Below are positions 21,837 through 32,089 of a stretch of 64,000 nt of DNA, one piece after another. Source of the stretch: a virus; IMG/VR virus record IMGVR_UViG_3300024999_001421. One strand, written 5' to 3'. The position numbers were made by a program, and so were the translations under genes. Under the pieces are notes generated by a model. The model worked only from the letters and a program-made list of their open reading frames with translations, was not told the DNA's origin and did not search any database. Each line of letters opens with the position of its first letter. Position 1 is the stretch's first letter.

Positions 21837-22484
21837 AATTTTAGCCTCCCTCATAGTTTTAACTAAACCCTCTCGCAAAAGGATTTAGGTAAAACTGCGA
21901 CTTTAGGTAGTCGCGGACCTGCTACCTAGTCCAATATTTCCTTTGATTTTGCCATAAACTAAATGCCTGAGATTCGGTTGGAGCAATGTTAAGTAAGGAA
22001 TTATAATTGTAGTAATTGCCCGACCTTCCTATTTTTACTTGAAGTAGGAATTTATTACCATATGAAAATACGGTGAATATATTTTTAAAACTCTTGAACT
22101 CGTTTACTATCATAATATCCCTCCTATATTTACCTCAACAAAACCCCTCTCTAAAGGAGTTTTGGCGAAGCAGGGACCGGAGTCCCTATTCCTTGCACAT
22201 CCCAGAAACTTGTCGCTTGTGTATTTGCATTTCTATAGTAGCAAGTTCCAAGTATGCTTCTACTTTTTGATCCCAATGTGCCGGGACTTGCGGATCGTTG
22301 ACAATTTCCAGAATTTCAAGCGCATCCTTCTTTTCTTGCAGTATTTCTGAATCTTGAAGCGTCTCAAGGTGCTTCCAAATAGATTCCATGAATATTACTT
22401 TTTCCTCAAACATAATTATCATCCTCCTTAGATTTTACGTCCAACCCCTACAGGGACCAGAGGTAAAACCTAGCGAGTGCTAGG

Positions 22485-22808
22485 TTAGTGCCTGCCATAT
22501 TCTATGGTTAATTCTAAAGTGTCCTTTTCGACATCTCTCCTTAATTTTGCCGTACTCCTACAGTCTTTATTTTCCTCTTTCCAATCAATACCCATTTGGC
22601 GAAAATATAATGTTACTTCGGTCAAATCACCCTTAAGCAAGTCCTTCCATGTGTAGTCAAAGAAAATTAACAAGTCTGTACAGTAGCAGTCGCATTGCTT
22701 AACCGCTTCGCGCAGTAACGCTTCTTTTATCGACTGCGTGTTTTGTTCTTCACCGTAAGAATTGCAAACCTGAAGTTCCTTAATGTTTACTTTCGGCATA
22801 ATCATCAA
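22485..22808 (-). CDS. hypothetical early protein
   Basis: AAGGAG RBS. Confidence 0.65.
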   Translation of the reverse strand: MMIMPKVNIKELQVCNSYGEEQNTQSIKEALLREAVKQCDCYCTDLLIFFDYTWKDLLKGDLTEVTLYFRQMGIDWKEENKDCRSTAKLRRDVEKDTLELTIEYGRH

Positions 22809-23027
22809 TCTCCTTTTAGTTTAAATTCACGTCAATTCCCTTGTGGGTACTCACGCAAACCTAAACTACCATGCTTCCCCTTTTCTGCACCTCTAGCGGA
22901 TATCCCTTCGGGTCCAGTGTTCGCTTGCCTTGGCTGGCCCTTTCGGATTATGCCGACTTCGCTGGTTCGCGCTGTGGGGTTTTTGTATTCTTTTCTGCGT
23001 GTGCGGTGCGCTTTGTTGCTGTGGTTT

Positions 23028-23085
23028 CCCACTATGGCCACTTTCGGCCATTTCGACTTGTTACCGTCAAGTCTCGTCAGGTGGG
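23028..23085 (-). ncRNA. type I hammerhead ribozyme (HH2)
   Basis: CCCAC CUGACGA GACUUG-acgguaa-CAAGUC GAAA UGGCC-gaaagu-GGCCA UA GUGGG; all core nucleotides and three stems present. Confidence 0.93.
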
Positions 23086-23086
23086 T

Positions 23087-23371
23087 TTATGCTGTCCTAT
23101 AGTGTTCAATCGCTCCTGTGCTAAGTTGCATTAACAGGTTTGTCATGTGACTTAACTTCCAACTTTCTACTAGACTTGAAGTTCCGAACAATCTGTCTAT
23201 TGCTACATATCTTCCGTACCAAACCATTAGTTCGATTGGGTTTTTTCTATTTTTGGTGTAGTAGTCGAAGTTTTCATTAAACTTTCTTGCCGCCAACTCC
23301 AGTTCTTCCTGTAATAATGCGTTTTCAGCTTTGTTTAGTTTTTTTATGCTGATGCTTTCGGCTGTTTTCAT
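23087..23371 (-). CDS. hypothetical protein bracketed by two hammerheads
   Basis: 94 aa, AAGGAGG RBS. Confidence 0.75.
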   Translation of the reverse strand: MKTAESISIKKLNKAENALLQEELELAARKFNENFDYYTKNRKNPIELMVWYGRYVAIDRLFGTSSLVESWKLSHMTNLLMQLSTGAIEHYRTA

Positions 23372-23423
23372 ACTGTCTGCCTCCTTCGATATTCTGTTTT
23401 CGTGTTGTGCAGCTTACTTTCAT

Positions 23424-23474
23424 CCTGCTATGGGGTTTTATCCCCATTTCGCTGTCTACAGCTCATCAGGCAGG
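23424..23474 (-). ncRNA. type I hammerhead ribozyme (HH1)
   Basis: CCUGC CUGAUGA GCUG-uaga-CAGC GAAA UGGGG-auaaaa-CCCCA UA GCAGG. Confidence 0.93.
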
Positions 23475-23874
23475 CTAGAATTTAATGCTGTGAAATACGC
23501 AGAAGTTGCAAAAGTCGATTAACTTAGTTCTGTTTAGGTTTACCGCTTTTTCTAGTCCTACCGATTTGGTGTACTGCTTGATTTTGCGCTTTAGCTGTTT
23601 GGTCATTTTGTTTCCCCCTTATTTAATTTGTAGCTAATAAGTAACCCATGTATCCGATTCCTACCAGGAGAGCGATTCCCATTCCTACCGGGTGAAACAT
23701 TGTAGTTACTGCTAATGCTGTGGCGGTGTATTTAAGAAGTTTTTTCATGTCTGCGCCTCCCGTTCGTGTGTTGCTGTGTTCCATGTGCTTATACTATCAT
23801 CTGGATACCCATGCCGTAAAGCCTCAAATAACCTTATATTCAGCCATTTATGGGTATCCAGATTATCCTGCCTG

Positions 23875-24075
23875 CTAAATACTAGCTGTATCTGCCTTTT
23901 TCAGCGTTTTTTGAAGTTCCGCAAGTTCTTTTTTGATAGCATTTCTGGCTATTTCGGATGCTGGAACCCGCGTATCTGCTGATATTTCGGCTAGTTTTGC
24001 TTTATCCTCGGTTGACAGGCGCAGGTTAAAACTTTCCCAGCCATCTCTATATTTTTCTTTTCTTTTTGCCGACAT
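23875..24075 (-). CDS. ribbon-helix-helix regulator
   Basis: SFNLRLSTEDKAKLAEISADTRVPASEIARNAI; GGAGG RBS. Confidence 0.75.
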   Translation of the reverse strand: MSAKRKEKYRDGWESFNLRLSTEDKAKLAEISADTRVPASEIARNAIKKELAELQKTLKKADTASI

Positions 24076-24335
24076 TTTGACCACCTCCAAAGACAGTATA
24101 CTACATGGGCTTCCATATGGCAACCCAGCCATTAGACGGATCTGCATTTGCCGGAAATGCTATATATAGAAGGAAAACGGAAAGTTTTGCTTGAAAATGG
24201 GCTTTGGCCGTGGTAAAATGGTAGTGTGGGGGTTTTATACCATGTTGTTTTTACCTACTGTATTGAGTAGGGATATATCGTTTTCGAGGCACCTGAGAGG
24301 GTGCTTTTTGCTTTACATAGAAGGAAGGTGAATTT

Positions 24336-24854
24336 GTGTCTGACAAAGATATTGTTTTACAGGAGTTCGCCAAAACGGTGAATCGTTTGAAATCAAAGGG
24401 CGTTGACTTGACAAATACCTATTATGGTTTCCGCGAGGATATTTCCGAAGAGCAGGATCGCGTTCTCTGGCAGCCTGAAAAGAAATTCGTAAAAGTTTTT
24501 CCTGACGAACTGGCTAATGTTGTAACGATGCTTGACGATGAAGGAAAACGCCTCAGCGGTGCAGAGCTGGCTATTGTCATGTTGCTCATGGGACATATCA
24601 GCTACAACAGCGGAATGTTGACAAAAGGCGGCGGTAACCCGGTTAGTCAATCAGACATTGAAAAGATTACCGGGTTTAATAGGATTACCGTTGTTAAGAG
24701 CATGGACAGGTTAGTTCGTAAAAAAGTTTTCGCTCGTAACAAGGTAGGCAAAAGTTATCAATACTTCGCAAATCCGTACATCTTTTTCCGGGGCCGGTTT
24801 ATAAACGCGACTCTGGTGGATATGTTTAAAACCTACAACGCTAATGATAGTTAG
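24336..24854 (+). CDS. RepL-like winged-helix protein
   Basis: SQSDIEKITGFNRITVVKSMDRL...YFANPYIFFRG. Confidence 0.7.
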   Translation: MSDKDIVLQEFAKTVNRLKSKGVDLTNTYYGFREDISEEQDRVLWQPEKKFVKVFPDELANVVTMLDDEGKRLSGAELAIVMLLMGHISYNSGMLTKGGGNPVSQSDIEKITGFNRITVVKSMDRLVRKKVFARNKVGKSYQYFANPYIFFRGRFINATLVDMFKTYNANDS

Positions 24855-24923
24855 TTTGCGGTATCTTAGAGTTAATAGAGGCATCTAAAGCCTAAAAAGT
24901 GTCGCTCATGCCTTGTGTTTGCT

Positions 24924-24997
24924 GGACTACAACCGACTTATAACATGTAGTCTGTAGTATACCTATAGTGGCATTTCATGTAGTCTGTGGACTACAT
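24924..24997. repeat. short direct/inverted repeats (CATGTAGTCTGT x2, GGACTACA x2) downstream of RepL-like gene
   Basis: 24944 CATGTAGTCTGTAG; 24977 CATGTAGTCTGTGGACTACAT (palindromic). Confidence 0.6.
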
Positions 24998-25564
24998 ATC
25001 AAAGATACCTCTTAGGCCAATAGCGACAACGACTAGAAGGTGTTTTGAACGCAATAGACTCCTCTTATTACTCTAAGATGTTTTGGTAACTATGTTTTAA
25101 AGTGTTGGGAGTGCTGAAAAGTGACATTATTTCAAGCCAAAGTTCATTGTGTGAAATGTAATAATGCAATGGAAGTAACGCTAACAAAGAAAAGTTATGT
25201 AAAATTTGTTTCTAATATATTTCAGTGTTATTTTACGTGCAATGACTGTTTGAGAGAAGCAGGACATAAATTAGCAAAGAAAAATACGGCATTGATGGAA
25301 ATGGAAATAGAAATGCCTGATTGATTTTGTAGGTACTAAACCACTTAAAACAATTTTAAGCGGCTGTACGAGGCTGTGAGAGGTGAGAAAAGCATGGGAT
25401 TTGGTTTTCCGACAGGCAAGGACATACTTAAAGTTGTAGTTGTACTTGTTTTTGTGTCAGCATTGGCAGGTGCAGGAGTTTTGAAGCTGATACAGATTAT
25501 GTGAGAATTGACCTTTGCCGATGGTGAAGGTGAGTTTTCGTATTATAGGAAGGAAGTGAGTTGA

Positions 25565-26026
25565 ATGCCAGCAGGAAGACCGACGAAGTACAAGGAAGAA
25601 TACAACGAACAGGCGTATAAATTGTGCCTGTTGGGAGCAACGGACAAAAGTTTAGCTGATTTCTTTGAGGTTGACGAAGCTACTGTAAATAGATGGAAGC
25701 TGGAATATCCATTATTTTGCGAGTCCTTAAAGAGAGGGAAGGTAATTGCTGACACGGAAATAGCGCAAAGTCTGTATCAAAGAGCGAAAGGTTACTCACA
25801 TCCGGAGGACAAAATATTTGTCCATGATGGTCTGCCGGTTATTGTGCCAACAGAAAAGCACTATCCACCAGACACGGGCGCAGCCATGGCCTGGCTAAAA
25901 AATCGGAAACCTGATTCGTGGTCTGATACACAAAAATTGGAGTTGACAGGCGCGGACGGCGGACCTGTAGATGTTCGCATAGCTGGTATGTCGGATGCGG
26001 AGTTGGAGCAGTTGTTGGAGGACTAA
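25565..26026 (+). CDS. terS: terminase small subunit
   Basis: GRPTKY, GATDKSLADFF, AQSLYQRAKGY, PPDTGAAMAWLKNR, ELTGADGGP. Confidence 0.88.
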   Translation: MPAGRPTKYKEEYNEQAYKLCLLGATDKSLADFFEVDEATVNRWKLEYPLFCESLKRGKVIADTEIAQSLYQRAKGYSHPEDKIFVHDGLPVIVPTEKHYPPDTGAAMAWLKNRKPDSWSDTQKLELTGADGGPVDVRIAGMSDAELEQLLED

Positions 26027-26451
26027 TTACCCCGAAAGTCGTTTAGCTATGTACGCGCTGTACCTATTTACGTTCTCATAATGAGCATTATGTCAACTAG
26101 ATAAGGCCAAAAGTGCCGTATTTCCTGGGTTTTTTGGATATTCGCTTGGTTGTTGGTTCCATGTCCTGCACTGGTGGACGTTTTACCGTATCTACCCACC
26201 TTCGCAGGCGCAGGGTTGCGACACTGTATTGTACGCACAGAGCGCAGCGCATACGCGAGCAGGGACGCAAGCGCACGTATTTAGATAGGATATTCGCCAA
26301 AAAGAGGGGGTGGGGGTCAAACACCCCCGGTATGGATTGGCGGGACTCCGGCGGCGGGTAACAGTACCTTATACTATCACCATCCAGACAGTTACGTATT
26401 TTACTAAACTCCGAAATGTTATGTAATTAAGTGGAAAAAGGAGATCTGATA

Positions 26452-26772
26452 ATGGAAAGTAAAACCCTTGATATTGACTGCATCAAAACAGCAAAAGCAA
26501 ATATCTCTGACATTAAAGTGTTCGGTGATAGAGATACATTTGCCCTGCTCTGTAAGGCTTCTAGCGAGTCTCAGGGATGGATGAAATCAACTAAGGTATG
26601 TAATGTATTTGGTGGTTGTATCGTGCAGGTATCTACCCAACAGAAGAATCCTGACGGAAGTTATGCGGTTGCTGAGGCACTTACCTTTATTCCCGGTGTG
26701 CATATGGACAAGAAGTCTGAACCTAGAAGATTTGTTAGTGCTAGTTTTGTGTACTTGCCACAATATGAATAA
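26452..26772 (+). CDS. conserved hypothetical phage protein
   Basis: AAGGAG RBS; GWMKSTK...AEALTFIPGV. Confidence 0.6.
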   Translation: MESKTLDIDCIKTAKANISDIKVFGDRDTFALLCKASSESQGWMKSTKVCNVFGGCIVQVSTQQKNPDGSYAVAEALTFIPGVHMDKKSEPRRFVSASFVYLPQYE

Positions 26773-27182
26773 ATTTAACCGAGGACGGTGTAAATAATGA
26801 CAGAACAAATCAAAGAATCATCAATTGAGGAATATGTAAACGCTTTTATGAATTTAAAGCACGAGACTCTTTCCAACGCAACCGCCGCTATCGTTAAGAA
26901 AACTCAGGAACTATTGGCGGCGGGTGAAATTGACCCCATAGATAGTGACGTTTCGAAAAATCCAGTCGAAAAAAATATTCCTTTGTGTTCATATTTTACC
27001 AGAAGTGTTCCTGCATATTCTCCATTATTGAACTGTGACGGTTCTGGTGAAATTATACTCAAAGACACTCGCCCCATATGTCCTGACTGTAAAACCATTA
27101 TGGTCAAAACTCATATCGAGTTAAGTGATGGTAGTGGTTGGTTTACTGGTTGGGCATGTGATTGTAAATATGAGGAATGTTT

Positions 27183-27596
27183 ATGAACGAACCAATTTTA
27201 GGTAAAGCAGAACCGCATGGATATGATCATAAACCTATTACTTGGAGTGACTTTTTGAAACTGAGAGAATTTGCTCAGAAAGCAGCGGATGATTTTGGCT
27301 ATCCTGTTTATCTGGTTGGTTCAGTTCTATATAAAGAAATTCCAAGGGATATAGATATATCGGTAATAATGCCACTTGACAAATATGAAGAAATGTTCAA
27401 AAAACTACCTATAAAGCAGGAGTATTACGGTGCTTATTTAGGCAGAGTATTTCATAGATCATATGAAAAAGTGCATAAACACTTACAGTTTTGTATTGAC
27501 TACCATTTAGATATTAAAGTGTGTCCTGATACGTGGTGGTCGGAAAAGCCAAAAATGTTGTTGGCAGAACCAAGAAGTAAATTAGATGGTGAATGA
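27183..27596 (+). CDS. minimal nucleotidyltransferase (Pol-beta superfamily)
   Basis: VYLVGS...RDIDI...LDI motif. Confidence 0.65.
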   Translation: MNEPILGKAEPHGYDHKPITWSDFLKLREFAQKAADDFGYPVYLVGSVLYKEIPRDIDISVIMPLDKYEEMFKKLPIKQEYYGAYLGRVFHRSYEKVHKHLQFCIDYHLDIKVCPDTWWSEKPKMLLAEPRSKLDGE

Positions 27597-28200
27597 GATG
27601 AATAATATTAAGCGCATATTTCCCGGCCCCGTCAATGGACTAATCAATTGGATGGAAGAAAACTTTGACAGTATAGACGAGTTTATTGTTACCTTTCATC
27701 TTAAAGACGGCACTACAATGACTGTCTATGATGTTTATAGTTACTTTAATGCGCTAGCAATAACTGAGATAAGTAAGGATACTATCCATAAATTGTCTCA
27801 CGATAATGAATTGATACTGAAAACTAAATGAGAACATGGAGGAATTGAAATGAATTTTCCGCAGAATAATGAATTAAAAAGTTATAGTAATATATCTACA
27901 CCGATGAATGAACCTGTATGCGCTAGGGAGTTAACCCCACTAGAAAGCACATTGGAGGCAATAACCCAATCTGTGTATGAAAACAGCAATGTTATCTCTA
28001 TACTCGAAGGAGTTGTGCGGCAACCATATCCTGTATCATGCGAAAGTGGTTCAAAGAATAACGATGTTACATTGTATGAAAAACTATACACTTTGGCCGG
28101 AATTATGGTAGACAATAACAAGGCATTATGGGATCTATCCGACAGACTTAAAAAAGAAATCGGCGACATTAAACTAATCTAGTCACAATAAGGTGATCTT

Positions 28201-29799
28201 ATGACTGACCAACAGAAGGAAAAGAAAAAACTATCCGCTCAGAAGTTAAGGGAAAAAGCGGCAGCGAAAGTTGAATTAGAATATCGTAAATCCTCTAAGA
28301 GTGTAGAGTATTTCATAGATAAATACGCTTATATTGAGGATAGAGATGTTCCTGACCTAGTTGCTAAACTTAATTTATGGGACGGTCAGAAGGAAGCGTT
28401 AAGGAAGATTATTGACAGTAAGTTGTCGATTATTCTTAAAGCTAGGCAGTTAGGTTTTACTTGGCTATCTCTTATTTACGGATTGCACGGGGTTATATTT
28501 AGACCTGGATATTCTGTTGTTGCTCTATCTAAGAGGGAAGAAGATGCTAAGGAACTTATTAGGCGTATATGCTTTATTCTTAGGTACCTACCTTCATGGA
28601 TGATTCGTCACGTTAAGGGTACTCCTAAGCAATACCCTAACCCTACATGGGATTCAACAGTATTGTCGGTTACTATCTACCATAAGGGCAAGGAACCTGC
28701 TGTTTTTAACGCTATGTCTGCTGGTCCTGACAGTGGACGTTCTTTCACGGCAAACCTCGTAATACTCGACGAATGGGCGTTTCAGATGTTCGCTAGAGAT
28801 ATTTGGTCTGCTGCTTACCCGACTATTAATCGTCCTACTGGTGGGCAGGTTATTGGGTTGTCTACCGCTAAAAAAGGTACCTTATTTGAGGAAATATTTT
28901 GGAAGGCGTACAACGGTGAAAATACGTTTACGCCTATATTTATGCCTTGGAGTACCGACCCTAGACGTACCCAGGAGTGGTATGAGCAGGTTAAAAAAGA
29001 CTTACCTCATAGTTATATGGCAGAGTATCCAGCGACTCCAGAAGAGGCGTTTACTGCCGGTGAAGGGCAGTTCTTTAAAGAGTTTCGTCGTGATGTGCAT
29101 GTCGTTAAACCGTTTAAGATACCGTCCTGGTGGAAACGGTTCTGCTCTTTAGACTATGGACTTGATATGTGTTCTTGTCACTGGTGGGCAGTATCACCAG
29201 AAGGGATTATGTATGCTTATCGTGAGTTATATCAACCAAACTTAACACTTAGTCAGGCGGCGAAAAAGATTATCTCCATGACACCCAAAGACGAGAAAAT
29301 AAGTTATACGGTTGCTTCTCCTGACTTATGGAATAGACGGCAAGAGACAGGGACAAGCGGCAGGGAGATAATGAACCGTGCCGGGCTAAATAACCTGAGA
29401 AAAGCAAAGCATGAGCGTAAGGCAGGGTGGAGGGCGGTAAGAGAGTATCTGTTAGCTAGGGAAGAAAAGCAGGATATTATGACAGATGAAGGTATTAAGA
29501 CGGAGACTATTTTTACTGCTAAACTAAAAATATTTGATACCTGTAAAAATATGATACGTTGCTTGCCGTTACTTGAACATGATAAAAACGACTCTGAGGA
29601 TGCGGCAGATACTCCACACGAGGTCACGCACAGCAACGAAAGTTTACGCTATTGCGTAATGTCAAGACCTCCCATTTCTAAGGATGAAAAGTTTAACTTT
29701 CCCGATGATATGTCGTTATCTGAGCAGTCAGCAGTTTTAAATAACATTGCGTTTGAGAAAGAATACGAGAAGTTACAGGAACATATTGTAGGTTTTTAA
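28201..29799 (+). CDS. terL: terminase large subunit
   Basis: LKARQLGFT Walker A, VILDE Walker B, C-terminal RNase H-like LDYG...YREL. Confidence 0.93.
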   Translation: MTDQQKEKKKLSAQKLREKAAAKVELEYRKSSKSVEYFIDKYAYIEDRDVPDLVAKLNLWDGQKEALRKIIDSKLSIILKARQLGFTWLSLIYGLHGVIFRPGYSVVALSKREEDAKELIRRICFILRYLPSWMIRHVKGTPKQYPNPTWDSTVLSVTIYHKGKEPAVFNAMSAGPDSGRSFTANLVILDEWAFQMFARDIWSAAYPTINRPTGGQVIGLSTAKKGTLFEEIFWKAYNGENTFTPIFMPWSTDPRRTQEWYEQVKKDLPHSYMAEYPATPEEAFTAGEGQFFKEFRRDVHVVKPFKIPSWWKRFCSLDYGLDMCSCHWWAVSPEGIMYAYRELYQPNLTLSQAAKKIISMTPKDEKISYTVASPDLWNRRQETGTSGREIMNRAGLNNLRKAKHERKAGWRAVREYLLAREEKQDIMTDEGIKTETIFTAKLKIFDTCKNMIRCLPLLEHDKNDSEDAADTPHEVTHSNESLRYCVMSRPPISKDEKFNFPDDMSLSEQSAVLNNIAFEKEYEKLQEHIVGF

Positions 29800-29974
29800 G
29801 GGAGGGACATATGTGTTCAGTAAATTAATGTGGTATGCAAAACAGATTTTACCTCTTAAATACAAAACAGTATATAAAGAAAACGATGTATGGCACTTTA
29901 CCGAATGGAGAATGTTTTTCGGAAGGTGCTTTTTTATTAACGATATTAAGTTAGATTTTTAAGGGTGTGAACAA

Positions 29975-32089
29975 ATGGACTGGAAAAAACCATTTCGTGC
30001 GTTAAAAAAGAAGGTGAGAGAAATAGTAGCACCTGCTGTAGAATACGATCAAGAGACCCTTGATTTGCTGAAATACTGGCAAGATCAGTTCGAGATTGAC
30101 CGTCAAACGAAGAAAAAGTACGATCTTCTTATGGATTCGTGGGAAAATATGTATAACGGTAATCGCGAATTCGAGAACGTCAACAATAGGCAAGATAAGG
30201 AAGCGAGAACAGTTGTTAACTTCCCTCGCCTAATTATAGAAGCGTTAATTGACATGACTATTCCTGACCATGACTTTAAACCTGTTACCGCTGCCGATGA
30301 AGTGCCGGTTAATGCTTTAAAAAGTTACGTCGGTTATGTGCTGAGAAGTTCTTCACCTTCACTTGAAGAAATGAATATGTCAGACGAGCGCAGAGTAAGT
30401 AAACTTGGCGGTACATTCAAAAAGGTTCACTGGAATAACAACATTAAACGTGCTGGATATGTCGGTGAGATTGAGATTAGCAACCCTCACCCGAAGGATA
30501 TTATACCTAACAAATCATCTATTAACTTCGGCGACGACATGGAGCATTATCATCATCCGGTTAACCGTACACAAAAGTATATTCTTCGCAAATGGAAGGA
30601 TATAACGAGTGACATGCTGGAAGAAAAGGCAATTCTGTATGCCGAGTATGACGAGATATTGGGCGACCAAAGAATAACTACCGTTACCGACACTACCGGA
30701 GTTTCTAAGGATACGGGACTTGGCAAGTATACAATTATTGAGACTACCTACCGCGACGATGACGGAGATATTTGTAAGTTGTGGTGGTCCGGTGATTTAC
30801 TGATTAAGCACCTGCCGAAGTTCTTTTATCGTAGGGACGAGGAAACAGGCGAACCCTATATGACTGAAACTATTGAAGCAGGATCTATGTTGAGAAAGAG
30901 TATAGACGAGCAAGGTAATCCTATCTACTCGAAAATAGACAGCGATATTGAAGCAGAACACTACATACCTACTTGCTGGGATATAGTCTACCAACCGTTT
31001 ATTATGCGTGATAAATGTTGTTGGGGTATATCTATTATGGAAGATGTTTGGGACTTGCAGGAGAGTATTAAGAAAGCAGTGCATATGTATGAAGAATCTT
31101 TCCTTCGTGGTAGGAAGAAGATTTTAACCGATTCTCTTGAAGTGCAAAGAAAACTTATGGACCCAACATCAGAGATAATCCATGTTAATGATCCGAATTC
31201 TGTCAAGGAAGTTGATTTAAGTACCAATATTGACGGTATTCAATTGGTTGATAAATTCAAAGAATGGATGCAACTTATTACCGGCGTAACCGATGCTTCA
31301 TTAGGAGTTCATCAACCAGGAGTAACTTCCGGAGATCAAGCGCAGGCATATATCAGTCAGTCAAGTAATAAATTAGCGATTAAGTCTGCCTATAAGTCAA
31401 CCTCATACAAGACTCTTTACCGCACTATTGCCGAGTTTGCATTGGCGTTCTGTGATGATGATAGACCTTTTCGTATTACAGGAGAGAAGGGCGAGAATAA
31501 ATACGGTCAGTTTAACCGCTTGTCTATGCTTCGTGACGTTAACGGTGACTTAATTTATCCAGACTTCGATATTGAGATTAGTGCAGAAGTCGGATTCATG
31601 AAGAATAAGTCGGAAATGATGAATTCTATCGTGTCTCTTGCAGGGCAGGGACGTTTTGAACCTACTCCTGGAAATATGCTGATACTGAAAATTCTTGATA
31701 AAATCGGTGTTCCGCACCTTAAGGAAGTTATTGGGCAAATGGAGCAGGATATACAGCAGGCACAGGAGATGCAGGCAAAGCAGGAAGAGCAGGCGAAGCA
31801 GATACAGGAACAGCAACTACAGCAGAGTACCGATATGATGCTTGCTAAACAGCAGCATGAGAAAGAACTTGCTGTTACGAAACAGCAGGGAGAACTAAAC
31901 CGCCAGCAGCAATCGCACGACCTTGAAAGTAGTAAAGAGGCTATGAGCGGCGAGTTGCAACAGGGCGCAGTTATGAGTTTTGTGGACAAGTTAAATCAGA
32001 TTAAAGAGAACGATCCTGATACCTTTGTTCAAATCATGCAACTACCGGCAGAACAGCAGGTGCAGGCGGTAATGAGTATGGTAGGTTAG
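29975..32089 (+). CDS. portal protein (P22-like) with Q-rich C-terminal coiled coil
   Basis: position after TerL, 704 aa, WGISIMED...LQ, ITGV...LG...SG. Confidence 0.85.
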   Translation: MDWKKPFRALKKKVREIVAPAVEYDQETLDLLKYWQDQFEIDRQTKKKYDLLMDSWENMYNGNREFENVNNRQDKEARTVVNFPRLIIEALIDMTIPDHDFKPVTAADEVPVNALKSYVGYVLRSSSPSLEEMNMSDERRVSKLGGTFKKVHWNNNIKRAGYVGEIEISNPHPKDIIPNKSSINFGDDMEHYHHPVNRTQKYILRKWKDITSDMLEEKAILYAEYDEILGDQRITTVTDTTGVSKDTGLGKYTIIETTYRDDDGDICKLWWSGDLLIKHLPKFFYRRDEETGEPYMTETIEAGSMLRKSIDEQGNPIYSKIDSDIEAEHYIPTCWDIVYQPFIMRDKCCWGISIMEDVWDLQESIKKAVHMYEESFLRGRKKILTDSLEVQRKLMDPTSEIIHVNDPNSVKEVDLSTNIDGIQLVDKFKEWMQLITGVTDASLGVHQPGVTSGDQAQAYISQSSNKLAIKSAYKSTSYKTLYRTIAEFALAFCDDDRPFRITGEKGENKYGQFNRLSMLRDVNGDLIYPDFDIEISAEVGFMKNKSEMMNSIVSLAGQGRFEPTPGNMLILKILDKIGVPHLKEVIGQMEQDIQQAQEMQAKQEEQAKQIQEQQLQQSTDMMLAKQQHEKELAVTKQQGELNRQQQSHDLESSKEAMSGELQQGAVMSFVDKLNQIKENDPDTFVQIMQLPAEQQVQAVMSMVG

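Noticed and set aside
22832-23134. Several overlapping ORFs across hammerhead 2
   Set aside because: No RBS, atypical composition; better explained by RNA structure
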